From the NCBI RefSeq assembly GCF_009914755.1, contig NC_060942.1: a stretch of 64,000 nt of DNA, one strand, 5' to 3'. Under the pieces are notes generated by a model, which worked only from the letters and a program-made list of their open reading frames with translations, had not been told where the DNA came from and made no database searches. Below, piece after piece: positions 36,301 to 49,600 of the stretch. The DNA is from the human T2T-CHM13v2.0 reference genome, Homo sapiens. The position numbers and the translations under genes are program-made. How positions within the stretch are numbered: position 1 is the first letter of the stretch; each line of letters begins with the position of its first letter.

Positions 36301-39300
36301 TAGATTTGAGGATTTCGTTGGAAACGGGATTACATATAAAAAGCAGACAGCAGCATTCTCAGAAAGTTCTTTGTGATGATTGCATTCAAGTCACAGAATT
36401 GAACATTCCCTTTCAGAGAGCAGGTTTGAAACACTCTTTTTGTAGTGTGTGCAAGTGGACATTTGGAGCGCTTTCCGGCCTAAGGTGAAAAAGGACATAT
36501 CTTCCCATAAAAACTAGACAGAAGCATTCTCAGAAACTTACTCGTGATGTGTGTCCTCAACTAAAGGAGTAGAACCTTTCTATTCATGGAGAAGTTTTGA
36601 AACGCTCTTTTTGTGGAATCTCCAAGTGGATATTTGGCTAGTTTTGAGGATTTCGTTGGAAGCGGGAATTCATCCAAATTGCAGACTGCAGCGTTCTGAG
36701 AAACATCTTTGTGATGTTTGTATTCAAGACACAGAGATGAACATTCCCTATCATAGAGCATGTTGGAATCACTCCTTTTGTAGTATCTGTAAGTGGACAT
36801 TTGGAGCGCTTTCAGGCCTATGTTGAAAAAGGAAATATCTTCCCATAACAACTAGACACAAGCATTCTCAGAAACTTGTTTGTGATGTGTGCCCTCTACT
36901 GACAGAGTTGAACCTTTCTTTTCATAGAGCAGTTTTGAAACACTCTTTTTGTAGAATCCGCAAGAGGATATTTGCATAGTTTTGAGGATTTCGTGGGAAA
37001 CGGGATTGTCTTCAGGTAAAATCTAGACAGAAGCATTCTCAGAAACTTCTTTGGGATGTTTGCATTCAAGTCACAGAGTAGAACATTCCCTTTGGTAGAG
37101 CAGGTTTGAAACACTCTTTTTGTAGTATCTGGAAGTGGACATTTGGAGCGCTTTCAGGCCCATGTTGGAAAGGGAAATATCTTCCCGTAACAACTAGGCA
37201 GAAGCATTCTCAGAAACTTATTTGAGATGTGTGTACTCAACTAAGAGAATTGAACCACCGTTTTGAAGGAGCAGTTTTGAAACACTCTTTTTCTGGAATC
37301 TGCAAGAGTATATTTGCCTAGCCTTGAGGATTTCGTTGGAAACGGGATTGTCTTCAGATAAAATCTAGACAGAAGCATTCTCAGAAACTTCTTTGGGATG
37401 TTTGCATTCAAGTCACAGAGTAGAACATTCCCTTTGGTAGAGCAGGTTTGAAACACTCTTTTTGTAGTATCTGGAAGTGGACATTTGGAGCGCTTTCAGG
37501 CCTACGTTGGAAAAGGAAATATCTTCCCATAACAACTAGACAGAAGCATTCTCAGAAACTAGTTTCTGATGTGTGTCCTCAACTAACACAGTTGAACTTT
37601 TCTTTAGACAGAACAGTTTTGAAACACTCTTTTTGTGGAATCTGCAAGTGGATATTGGGCTAGATTTGAGGATTTCGTTGGAAACGGGATTACATATAAA
37701 AAGCAGTCAGCAGCATTCTCAGAAAGTTCTTTGTGATGATTGCATTCAAGTCACAGAATTGAACATTCCCTTTCACAGAGCAGGTTTGAAACACTCTTTT
37801 TGTAGTGTGTGTAAGTGGACATTTGGAGCGCTTTCCGGCCTAAGGTGAAAAAAGAAATATCTTCCCATAAAAACTAGACAGAAGCATCCTCCGAAACTTA
37901 CTCGGGATGTGTTTCCTCAACTAAAGGAGTAGAACCTTTCTATTCATAGAGAAGTTTTGAAACGCTCTTTTTGTGGAATCTCCAAGTGGATATTTGGCTA
38001 GTTTTGAGGATTTCGTTGGAAGCGGGAATTCATACAAATTGCAGACTGCAGCGTTCTGAGAAACATCTTTGTGATGTTTGTATTCAGGACACAGAGATGA
38101 ACATTCCCTATCATAGAGCAGGTTGGAATCACTCCTTTTGTAGTATCTGGAAGTGGACATTTGGAGCGCTTTCAGGCCTATGTTGAAAAAGGAAATATCT
38201 TCCCATAACAACTAGACACAAGCATTCTCAGAAACTTGTTTGTGATGTGTGCCCTCTACTGACAGAGTTGAACCTTTCTTTTCATAGAGCAGTTTTGAAA
38301 CACTATTTTTGTAGAATCTGCAAGAGGATATTTGCATAGCTTTGAGGATTTCGTGGGAAACGGGATTGTCTTCAGTTAAAATCTAGACAGAAGCATTCTC
38401 AGAAACTTCTTTGGGATGTTTGCATTCAAGTCACAGAGTAGAACATTCCCTTTGGTAGAGCAGGTTTGAAACACTCTTTTTGTAGTATCTGGAAGTGGAC
38501 ATTTGGAGCGCTTTCAGGCCCATGTTGGAAAGGGAAATATCTTCCCGTAACAAATAGGCAGAAGCATTCTCAGAAACGTATTTGAGATGTGTGGACTCAA
38601 CGAAGAGAATTGAACCACCGTTTTGAAGGAGCAGTTTTGAAACACTCTTTTTCTGGAATCTGCAAGAGTATATTTGCCTAGCCTTGAGGATTTCGTTGGA
38701 AACGGGATTGTCTTCAGATAAAATCTAGACAGAAGCATTCTCAGAAACTTCTTTGGGATGTTTGCATTCAAGTCACAGAGTAGAACATTCCCTTTGGTAG
38801 AGCAGGTTTGAAACACTCTTTTTTTAGTATATGGAAGTGGACATTTGGAGCGCTTTCAGGCCTACGTTGGAAAAGGAAATATCTTCCCATAACAACTAGA
38901 CAGAAGCATTCTCAGAAACTAGTTTCTGATGTGTGTCCTCAACTAACACAGTTGTACATTTCTTTAGACAGAACAGTTTTGAAACACTCTTTTTGTGGAA
39001 TCTGCAAGTGGATATTGGGCTAGATTTGAGGATTTCGTTGGAAACGGGATTACATATAAAAAGCAGACAGCAGCATTCTCAGAAAGTTCTTTGTGATGAT
39101 TGCATTCAAGTCACAGAATTGAACATTCCCTTTCACAGAGCAGGTTTGAAACACTCTTTTTGTAGTGTGTGTAAGTGGACATTTGGAGCCCTTTCCGGCC
39201 TAAGGTGAAAGAGGAAATATCTTCCCATAAAAACTAGACAGAAGCATTCTCAGAAACTTACTCGTGATGTGTGTCCTCAACTAAAGGAGTAGAACCTTTC

Positions 39301-42300
39301 TATTCATAGAGAAGTTTTGAAACGCTCTTTTTGTGGAATCTCCAAGTGGATATTTGGCTAGTTTTGAGGATTTCTTTGGAAGCGGGAATTCATACAAATT
39401 GCAGACTGCAGCGTTCTGAGAAACATCTTTGTGATGTTTGTATTCAGGACACAGAGATGAACATTCCCTATCATAGAGCATGTTGGAATCACTCCTTTTG
39501 TAGCATCTGGAAGTGGACATTTGGAGCGCTTTCAGGCCTATGTTGAAAAAGGAAATATCTTCCCATAAAAACTAGACACAAGCATTCTCAGAAACTTGTT
39601 TGTGATGTGTGCCCTCTACTGACAGAGTTGAACCTTTCTTTTCATAGAGCAGTTTTGAAACACTCTTTTTGTAGAATCCGCAAGAGGATATTTGCATAGC
39701 TTTGAGGATTTCGTGGGAAACGGGATTGTCTTCAGGTAAAATCTAGACAGAAGCATTCTCAGAAACTTCTTTGGGATGTTTGCATTCAAGTCACAGAGTA
39801 GAACATTCCCTTTGGTAGAGCAGGTTTGAAACACTCTTTTTGTAGTATCTGGAAGTGGACATTTGGAGCGCTTTCAGGCCCATGTTGGAAAGGGAAATAT
39901 CTTCCCGTAACAACTAGGCAGAAGCATTCTCAGAAACTTATTTGAGATGTGTGGACTCAACGAAGAGAATTGAACCACCGTTTTGAAGGAGCAGTTTTGA
40001 AACACTCTTTTTCTGGAATCTGCAAGAGTATATTTGCCTAGCCTTGAGGATTTCGTTGGAAACGGGATTGTCTTCAGATAAAATCTAGACAGAAGCATTC
40101 TCAGAAACTTCTTTGGGATGTTTGCATTCAAGTCACAGAGTAGAACATTCCCTTTGGTAGAGCAGGTTTGAAACACTCTTTTTTTAGTATATGGAAGTGG
40201 ACATTTGGAGCGCTTTCAGGCCTACGTTGGAAAAGGAAATATCTTCCCATAACAACTAGACAGAAGCATTCTCAGAAACTAGTTTCTGATGTGTGTCCTC
40301 AACTAACACAGTTGAACTTTTCTTTAGACAGAACAGTTTTGAAACACTCTTTTTGTGGAATCTGCAAGTGGATATTGGGCTAGATTTGAGGATTTCGTTG
40401 GAAAAGGGATAACATATAAAAAGCAGACAGCAGCATTCTCAGAAAGTTCTTTGTGATGATTGCATTCAAGTCACAGAATTGAACATTCCCTTTCACAGAG
40501 CAGGTTTGAAACACTCTTTTTGTAGTGTGTGTAAGTGGACATTTGGAGCGCTTTCCGGCCTAAGGTGAAAAAAGAGATATCTTCCCATAAAAACTAGACA
40601 GAAGCATTCTCAGAAACTTACTCGTGATGTGTTTCCTCAACTAAAGGAGTAGAACCTTTCTATTCATGGAGAAGTTTTGAAACGCTCTTTTTGTGGAATC
40701 TCCAAGTGGATATTTGGCTAGTTTTGAGGATTTCGTTGGAAGCGGGAATTCATACAAATTGCAGACTGCAGCGTTCTGAGAAACATCTTTGTGATGTTTG
40801 TATTCAGGACACAGAGATGAACATTCCCTATCATAGAGCAGGTTGGAATCACTCCTTTTGTAGTATGTGGAAGTGGACATTTGGAGCGCTTTCAGGCCTA
40901 TGTTGAAAAAGGAAATATCTTCCCATAACAACTAGACACAAGCATTCTCAGAAACTTGTTTGTGATGTGTGCCCTCTACTGACAGAGTTGAACCTTTCTT
41001 TTCATAGAGCAGTTTTGAAACACTCTTTTTGTAGAATCCGCAAGAGGATATTTGCATAGCTTTGAGGATTTCGTGGGAAACGGGATTGTCTTCAGGTAAA
41101 ATCTAGACAGAAGCATTCTCAGAAACTTCTTTGGGATGTTTGCATTCAAGTCACAGAGTAGAACATTCCCTTTGGTAGAGCAGGTTTGAAACACTCTTTT
41201 TGTAGTATCTGGAAGTGGACATTTGGAGCGCTTTCAGGCCCATGTTGGAAAGGGAAATATCTTCCCGTAACAACTAGGCAGAAGCATTCTCAGAAACTTA
41301 TTTGAGATGTGTGTACTCAACGAAGAGAATTGAACCACCGTTTTGAAGGAGCAGTTTTGAAACCCTCTTTTTCTGGAATCTGCAAGAGTATATTTGCCTA
41401 GCCTTGAGGATTTCGTTGGAAACGGGATTGTCTTCAGATAAAATCTAGACAGAAGCATTCTCAGAAACTTCTTTGGGATGTTTGCATTCAAGTCACAGAG
41501 TAGAACATTCCCTTTGGTAGAGCAGGTTTGAAACACTCTTTTTTTAGTATATGGAAGTGGACATTTGGAGCACTTTCAGGCCTACGTTGGAAAAGGAAAT
41601 ATCTTCCCATAACAACTAGACAGAAGCATTCTCAGAAACTAGTTTCTGATGTGTGTCCTCAACTAACACAGTTGAACTTTTCTTTAGACAGAACAGTTTT
41701 GAAACACTCTTTTTGTGGAATCTGCAAGTGGATATTGGGTTAGATTTGAGGATTTCGTTAGAAAGGGGATTACATATAAAAAGCAGACAGCAGCATTCTC
41801 AGAAAGTTGTTTGTGATGATTGCATTCAAGTCACAGAATTGAACATTCCCTTTCACAGAGCAGGTTTGAAACACTCTTTTTGTAGTGTGTGTAAGTGGAC
41901 ATTTGGAGCGCTTTCCGGCCTAAGGTGAAAAAGGACATATCTTCCCATAAAAACTAGACAGAAGCATTCTCAGAAACTTACTCGTGATGTGTGTCCTCAA
42001 CTAAGGGAGTAGAACCTTTCTATTCATAGAGAAGTTTTGAAACGCTCTTTTTGTGGAATCTCCAAGTGGATATTTGCCTAGTTTTGAGGATTTCGTTGGA
42101 AGCGGGAATTCATACAAATTGCAGACTGCAGCGTTCTGAGAAACATCTTTGTGATGTTTGTATTCAAGACACAGAGATGAACATTCCCTATCATAGAGCA
42201 TGTTGGAATCACTCCTTTTGTAGTATCTGGAAGTGGACATTTGGAGCGCTTTCAGGCCTATGTTGAAAAAGGAAATATCTTCCCATAAAAACTAGACACA

Positions 42301-43670
42301 AGCATTCTCAGAAACTTGTTTGTGATGTGTGCCCTCTACTGACAGAGTTGAACCTTTCTTTTCATAGAGCAGTTTTGAAACACTCTTTTTGTAGAATCCG
42401 CAAGAGGATATTTGCATAGCTTTGAGGATTTCGTGGGAAACGGGATTGTCTTCAGGTAAAATCTAGACAGAAGCATTCTCAGAAACTTCTTTGGGATGTT
42501 TGCATTCAAATCACAGAGTAGAACATTCCCTTTGGTAGAGCAGGTTTGAAACACTCTTTTTGTAGTATCTGGAAGTGGACATTTGGAGCGCTTTCAGGCC
42601 CATGTTGAAAAGGGAAATATCTTCCCGTAACAACTAGGCAGAAGCATTCTCAGAAACTTATTTGAGATGTGTGTACTCAACTAAGAGAATTGAACCACCG
42701 TTTTGAAGGAGCAGTTTTGAAACCCTCTTTTTCTGGAATCTGCAAGAGTATATTTGCCTAGCCTTCAGGATTTCGTTGGAAACGGGATTGTCTTCAGATA
42801 AAATCTAGACAGAAGCATTCTCAGAAACTTCTTTGGGATGTTTGCATTCAAGTCACAGAGTAGAACATTCCCTTTGGTAGAGCAGGTTTGAAACACTCTT
42901 TTTTTAGTATATGGAAGTGGACATTTGGAGCGCTTTCAGGCCTACGTTGGAAAAGGAAATATCTTCCCATAACAACTAGACAGAAGCATTCTCAGAAACT
43001 AGTTTCTGATGTGTGTCCTCAACTAACACAGTTGTACATTTCTTTAGACAGAACAGTTTTGAAACACTTTTTTTGTGGAATCTGCAAGTGGATATTGGGC
43101 TAGATTTGAGGATTTCGTTGGAAACGGGATTACATATAAAAAGCAGACAGCAGCATTCTCAGAAAGTTCTTTGTGATGATTGCATTCAAGTCACAGAATT
43201 GAACATTCCCTTTCACAGAGCAGGTTTGAAACACACTTTTTGTAGTGTGTGTAAGTGGACATTTGGAGCGCTTTCCGGCCTAAGGTGAAAAAGGAAATAT
43301 CTTCCCATAAAAACTAGACAGAAGCATTCTCAGAAACTTACTCGTGATGTGTGTCCTCAACTAAAGGAGTAGAACCTTTCTATTCATAGAGAAGTTTTGA
43401 AACGCTCTTTTTGTGGAATCTCCAAGTGGATATTTGGCTAGTTTTGAGGATTTCGTTGGAAGCGGGAATTCATACAAATTGCAGTCTGCAGCGTTCTGAG
43501 AAACATGTTTGTGATGTTTGTATTCAGGACACAGAGATGAACATTCCCTATCATAGAGCAGGTTGGAATCACTCCTTTTGTAATATCTGGAAGTGGACAT
43601 TTGGAGCGCTTTCAGGCCTATGTTGAAAAAGGAAATATCTTCCCATAACAACTAGACACAAGCATTCTCA
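27350..43670 (+). repeat. Super-HOR duplication copy 1 (12 HORs, 16,320 bp); boundaries +/- ~90 bp
   Basis: Rare variants recur in the same order 16,320 bp (first part) or 14,960 bp (remainder) downstream. Confidence 0.9.
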
Positions 43671-46600
43671 GAAACTTGTTTGTGATGTGTGCCCTCTACT
43701 GACAGAGTTGAACCTTTCTTTTCATAGAGCAGTTTTGAAACACTCTTTTTGTAGAATCTGCAAGAGGATATTTGCATAGCTTTGAGGATTTCGTGGGAAA
43801 CGGGATTGTCTTCAGGTAAAATCTAGACAGAAGCATTCTCAGAAACTTCTTTGGGATGTTTGCATTCAAGTCACAGAGTAGAACATTCCCTTTGGTAGAG
43901 CAGGTTTGAAACACTCTTTTTGTAGTATCTGGAAGTGGACATTTGGAGCGCTTTCAGGCCCATGTTGGAAAGGGAAATATCTTCCCGTAACAACTAGGCA
44001 GAAGCATTCTCAGAAACGTATTTGAGATGTGTGGACTCAACGAAGAGAATTGAACCACCGTTTTGAAGGAGCAGTTTTGAAACACTCTTTTTCTGGAATC
44101 GGCAAGAGTATATTTGCCTAGCCTTGAGGATTTCGTTGGAAACGGGATTGTCTTCAGATAAAATCTAGACAGAAGCATTCTCAGAAACTTCTTTGGGATG
44201 TTTGCATTCAAGTCACAGAGTAGAACATTCCCTTTGGTAGAGCAGGTTTGAAACACTCTTTTTTTAGTATATGGAAGTGGACATTTGGAGCGCTTTCAGG
44301 CCTACGTTGGAAAAGGAAATATCTTCCCATAACAACTAGACAGAAGCATTCTCAGAAACTAGTTTCTGATGTGTGTCCTCAACTAACACAGTTGTACATT
44401 TCTTTAGACAGAACAGTTTTGAAACACTCTTTTTGTGGAATCTGCAAGTGGATATTGGGCTAGATTTGAGGATTTCGTTGGAAACGGGATTACATATAAA
44501 AAGCAGACAGCAGCATTCTCAGAAAGTTCTTTGTGATGATTGCATTGAAGTCACAGAATTGAACATTCCATTTCACAGAGCAGGTTTGAAACACTCTTTT
44601 TGTACTGTGTGTAAGTGGACATTTGGAGCGCTTTCCGGCCTAAGGTGAAAGAGGAAATATCTTCCCATAAAAACTAGACAGAAGCATTCTCAGAAACTTA
44701 CTCGTGATGTGTGTCCTCAACTAAAGGAGTAGAACCTTTCTATTCATAGAGAAGTTTTGAAACGCTCTTTTTGTGGAATCTCCAAGTGGATATTTGGCTA
44801 GTTTTGAGGATTTCTTTGGAAGAGGGAATTCATACAAATTGCAGACTGCAGCGTTCTGAGAAACATCTTTGTGATGTTTGTATTCAGGACACAGAGATGA
44901 ACATTCCCTATCATAGAGCATGTTGGAATCACTCCTTTTGTAGTATCTGGAAGTGGACATTTGGAGCGCTTTCAGGCCTATGTTGAAAAAGGAAATATCT
45001 TCCCATAAAAACTAGACACAAGCATTCTCAGAAACTTGTTTGTGATGTGTGCCCTCTACTGACAGAGTTGAACCTTTCTTTTCATAGAGCAGTTTTGAAA
45101 CACTCTTTTTGTAGAATCCGCAAGAGGATATTTGCATAGCTTTTAGGATTTCGTGGGAAACGGGATTGTCTTCAGGTAAAATCTAGACAGAAGCATTCTC
45201 AGAAACTTCTTTGGGATGTTTGCATTCAAGTCACAGAGTAGAACATTCCCTTTGGTAGAGCAGGTTTCAAACACTCTTTTTGTAGTATCTGGAAGTGGAC
45301 ATTTGGAGCGCTTTCAGGCCCATGTTGGAAAGGGAAATATCTTCCCGTAACAACTAGGCAGAAGCATTCTCAGAAACTTATTTGAGATGTGTGTACTCAA
45401 CTAAGAGAATTGAACCACCGTTTTGAAGGAGCAGTTTTGAAACACTCTTTTTCTGGAATCTGCAAGAGTATATTTGCCTAGCCTTGAGGATTTCGTTGGA
45501 AACGGGATTGTCTTCAGATAAAATCTAGACAGAAGCATTCTCAGAAACTTCTTTGGGATGTTTGCATTCAAGTCACAGAGTAGAACATTCCCTTTGGTAG
45601 AGCAGGTTTGAAACACTCTTTTTTTAGTATCTGGAAGTGGACATTTGGAGCGCTTTCAGGCCTACGTTGGAAAAGGAAATATCTTCCCATAACAACTAGA
45701 CAGAAGCATTCTCAGAAACTAGTTTCTGATGTGTGTCCTCAACTAACACAGTTGTACATTTCTTTAGACAGAACAGTTTTGAAACACTCTTTTTGTGGAA
45801 TCTGCAAGTGGATATTGGGCTAGATTTGAGGATTTCGTTGGAAACGGGATTACATATAAAAAGCAGACAGCAGCATTCTCAGAAAGTTCTTTGTGATGAT
45901 TGCATTCAAGTCACAGAATTGAACATTCCCTTTCACAGAGCAGGTTTGAAACACTCTTTTTGTAGTGTGTGTAAGTGGACATTTGGAGCGCTTTCCTGCC
46001 TAAGGTGAAAGAGGAAATATCTTCCCATAAAAACTAGACAGAAGCATTCTCAGAAACTTACTCGTGATGTGTGTCCTCAACTAAAGGAGTAGAACCTTTC
46101 TATTCATAGAGAAGTTTTGAAACGCTCTTTTTGTGGAATCTCCAAGTGGATATTTGGCTAGTTTTGAGGATTTCTTTGGAAGCGGGAATTCATACAAATT
46201 GCAGACTGCAGCGTTCTGAGAAACATCTTTGTGATGTTTGTATTCAGGACACAGAGATGAACATTCCCTATCATAGAGCATGTTGGAATCACTCCTTTTG
46301 TAGTATCTGGAAGTGGACATTTGGAGCGCTTTCAGGCCTATGTTGAAAAAGGAAATATCTTCCCATAACAACTAGACACAAGCATTCTCAGAAACTTGTT
46401 TGTGATGTGTGCCCTCTACTGACAGAGTTGAACCTTTCTTTTCATAGAGCAGTTTTGAAACACTCTTTTTGTAGAATCCGCAAGAGGATATTTGCATAGC
46501 TTTGAGGATTTCGTGGGAAACGGGATTGTCTTCAGGTAAAATCTAGACAGAAGCATTCTCAGAAACTTCTTTGGGATGTTTGCATTCAAGTCACAGAGTA

Positions 46601-49600
46601 GAACATTCCCTTTGGTAGAGCAGGTTTGAAACACTCTTTTTGTAGTATCTGGAAGTGGACATTTGGAGCGCTTTCAGGCCCATGTTGGAAAGGGAAATAT
46701 CTTCCCGTAACAACTAGGCGGAAGCATTCTCAGAAACTTATTTGAGATGTGTGTACTCAACGAAGAGAATTGAACCACCGTTTTGAAGGAGCAGTTTTGA
46801 AACCCTCTTTTTCTGGAATCTGCAAGAGTATATTTGCCTAGCCTTGAGGATTTCGTTGGAAACGGGATTGTCTTCAGATAAAATCTAGACAGAAGCATTC
46901 TCAGAAACTTCTTTGGGATGTTTGCATTCAAGTCACAGAGTAGAACATTCCCTTTGGTAGAGCAGGTTTGAAACACTCTTTTTTTAGTATATGGAAGTGG
47001 ACATTTGGAGCGCTTTCAGGCCTACGTTGGAAAAGGAAATATCTTCCCATAACAACTAGACAGAAGCATTCTCAGAAACTAGTTTCTGATGTGTGTCCTC
47101 AACTAACACAGTTGTACATTTCTTTAGACAGAACAGTTTTGAAACACTCTTTTTGTGGAATCTGCAAGTGGATACTGGGCTAGATTTGAGGATTTCGTTG
47201 GAAACGGGATTACATATAAAAAGCAGTCAGCAGCATTCTCAGAAAGTTCTTTGTGATGATTGCATTCAAGTCACAGAATTGAACATTCCCTTTCACAGAG
47301 CAGGTTTGAAACACTCTTTTTGTAGTGTGTGTAAGTGGACATTTGGAGCGCTTTCCGGCCTAAGGTGAAAAAGGACATATCTTCCCATAAAAACTAGACA
47401 GAAGCATTCTCAGAAACTTACTCGTGATGTGTGTCCTCAACTAAAGGAGTGGAACCTTTCTATTCATGGAGAAGTTTTGAAACGCTCTTTTTGTGGAATC
47501 TCCAAGTGGATATTTGGCTAGTTTTGAGGATTTCGTTGGAAGCGGGAATTCATACAAATTGCAGACTGCAGCGTTCTGAGAAACATCTTTGTGATGTTTG
47601 TATTCAAGACACAGAGATGAACATTCCCTATCATAGAGCATGTTGGAATCACTCCTTTTGTAGTATCTGGAAGTGGACATTTGGAGCGCTTTCAGGCCTA
47701 TGTTGAAAAAGGAAATATCTTCCCATAACAACTAGACACAAGCATTCTCAGAAACTTGTTTGTGATGTGTGCCCTCTACTGACAGAGTTGAACCTTTCTT
47801 TTCATAGAGCAGTTTTGAAACACTCTTTTTGTAGAATCCGCAAGAGGATATTTGCATAGCTTTGAGGATTTCGTGGGAAACGGGATTGTCTTCAGGTAAA
47901 ATCTAGACAGAAGCATTCTCAGAAACTTCTTTGGGATGTTTGCATTCAAGTCACAGAGTAGAACATTCCCTTTGGTAGAGCAGGTTTCAAACACTCTTTT
48001 TGTAGTATCTGGAAGTGGACATTTGGAGCGCTTTCAGGCCCATGTTGGAAAGGGAAATATCTTCCCGTAACAACTAGGCAGAAGCATTCTCAGAAACTTA
48101 TTTGAGATGTGTGTACTCAACTAAGAGAATTGAACCACCGTTTTGAAGGAGCAGTTTTGAAACACTCTTTTTCTGGAATCTGCAAGAGTATATTTGCCTA
48201 GCCTTGAGGATTTCGTTGGAAACGGGATTGTCTTCAGATAAAATCTAGACAGAAGCATTCTCAGAAACTTCTTTGGGATGTTTGCATTCAAGTCACAGAG
48301 TAGAACATTCCCTTTGGTAGAGCAGGTTTGAAACACTCTTTTTTTAGTATATGGAAGTGGACATTTGGAGCGCTTTCAGGCCTACGTTGGAAAAGGAAAT
48401 ATCTTCCCATAACAACTAGACAGAAGCATTCTCAGAAACTAGTTTCTGATGTGTGTCCTCAACTAACACAGTTGTACATTTCTTTATACAGAACAGTTTT
48501 GAAACACTCTTTTTGTGGAATCTGCAAGTGGATACTGGGCTAGATTTGAGGATTTCGTTGGAAACGGGATTACATATAAAAAGCAGTCAGCAGCATTCTC
48601 AGAAAGTTCTTTGTGATGATTGCATTCAAGTCACAGAATTGAACATTCCCTTTCACAGAGCAGGTTTGAAACACTCTTTTTGTAGTGTGTGTAAGTGGAC
48701 ATTTGGAGCGCTTTCCGGCCTAAGGTGAAAAAGGACATATCTTCCCATAAAAACTAGACAGAAGCATTCTCAGAAACTTACTCGTGATGTGTGTCCTCAA
48801 CTAAAGGAGTGGAACCTTTCTATTCATGGAGAAGTTTTGAAACGCTCTTTTTGTGGAATCTCCAAGTGGATATTTGGCTAGTTTTGAGGATTTCGTTGGA
48901 AGCGGGAATTCATACAAATTGCAGACTGCAGCGTTCTGAGAAACATCTTTGTGATGTTTGTATTCAAGACACAGAGATGAACATTCCCTATCATAGAGCA
49001 TGTTGGAATCACTCCTTTTGTAGTATCTGGAAGTGGACATTTGGAGCGCTTTCAGGCCTATGTTGAAAAAGGAAATATCTTCCCATAACAACTAGACACA
49101 AGCATTCTCAGAAACTTGTTTGTGATGTGTGCCCTCTACTGACAGAGTTGAACCTTTCTTTTCATAGAGCAGTTTTGAAACACTCTTTTTGTAGAATCCG
49201 CAAGAGGATATTTGCATAGCTTTGAGGATTTCGTGGGAAACGGGATTGTCTTCAGGTAAAATCTAGACAGAAGCATTCTCAGAAACTTCTTTGGGATGTT
49301 TGCATTCAAGTCACAGAGTAGAACATTCCCTTTGGTAGAGCAGGTTTGAAACACTCTTTTTGTAGTATCTGGAAGTGGACATTTGGAGCGCTTTCAGGCC
49401 CATGTTGGAAAGGGAAATATCTTCCCGTAACAACTAGGCAGAAGCATTCTCAGAAACTTATTTGAGATGTGTGTACTCAACTAAGAGAATTGAACCACCG
49501 TTTTGAAGGAGCAGTTTTGAAACACTCTTTTTCTGGAATCTGCAAGAGTATATTTGCCTAGCCTTGAGGATTTCGTTGGAAACGGGATTGTCTTCAGATA

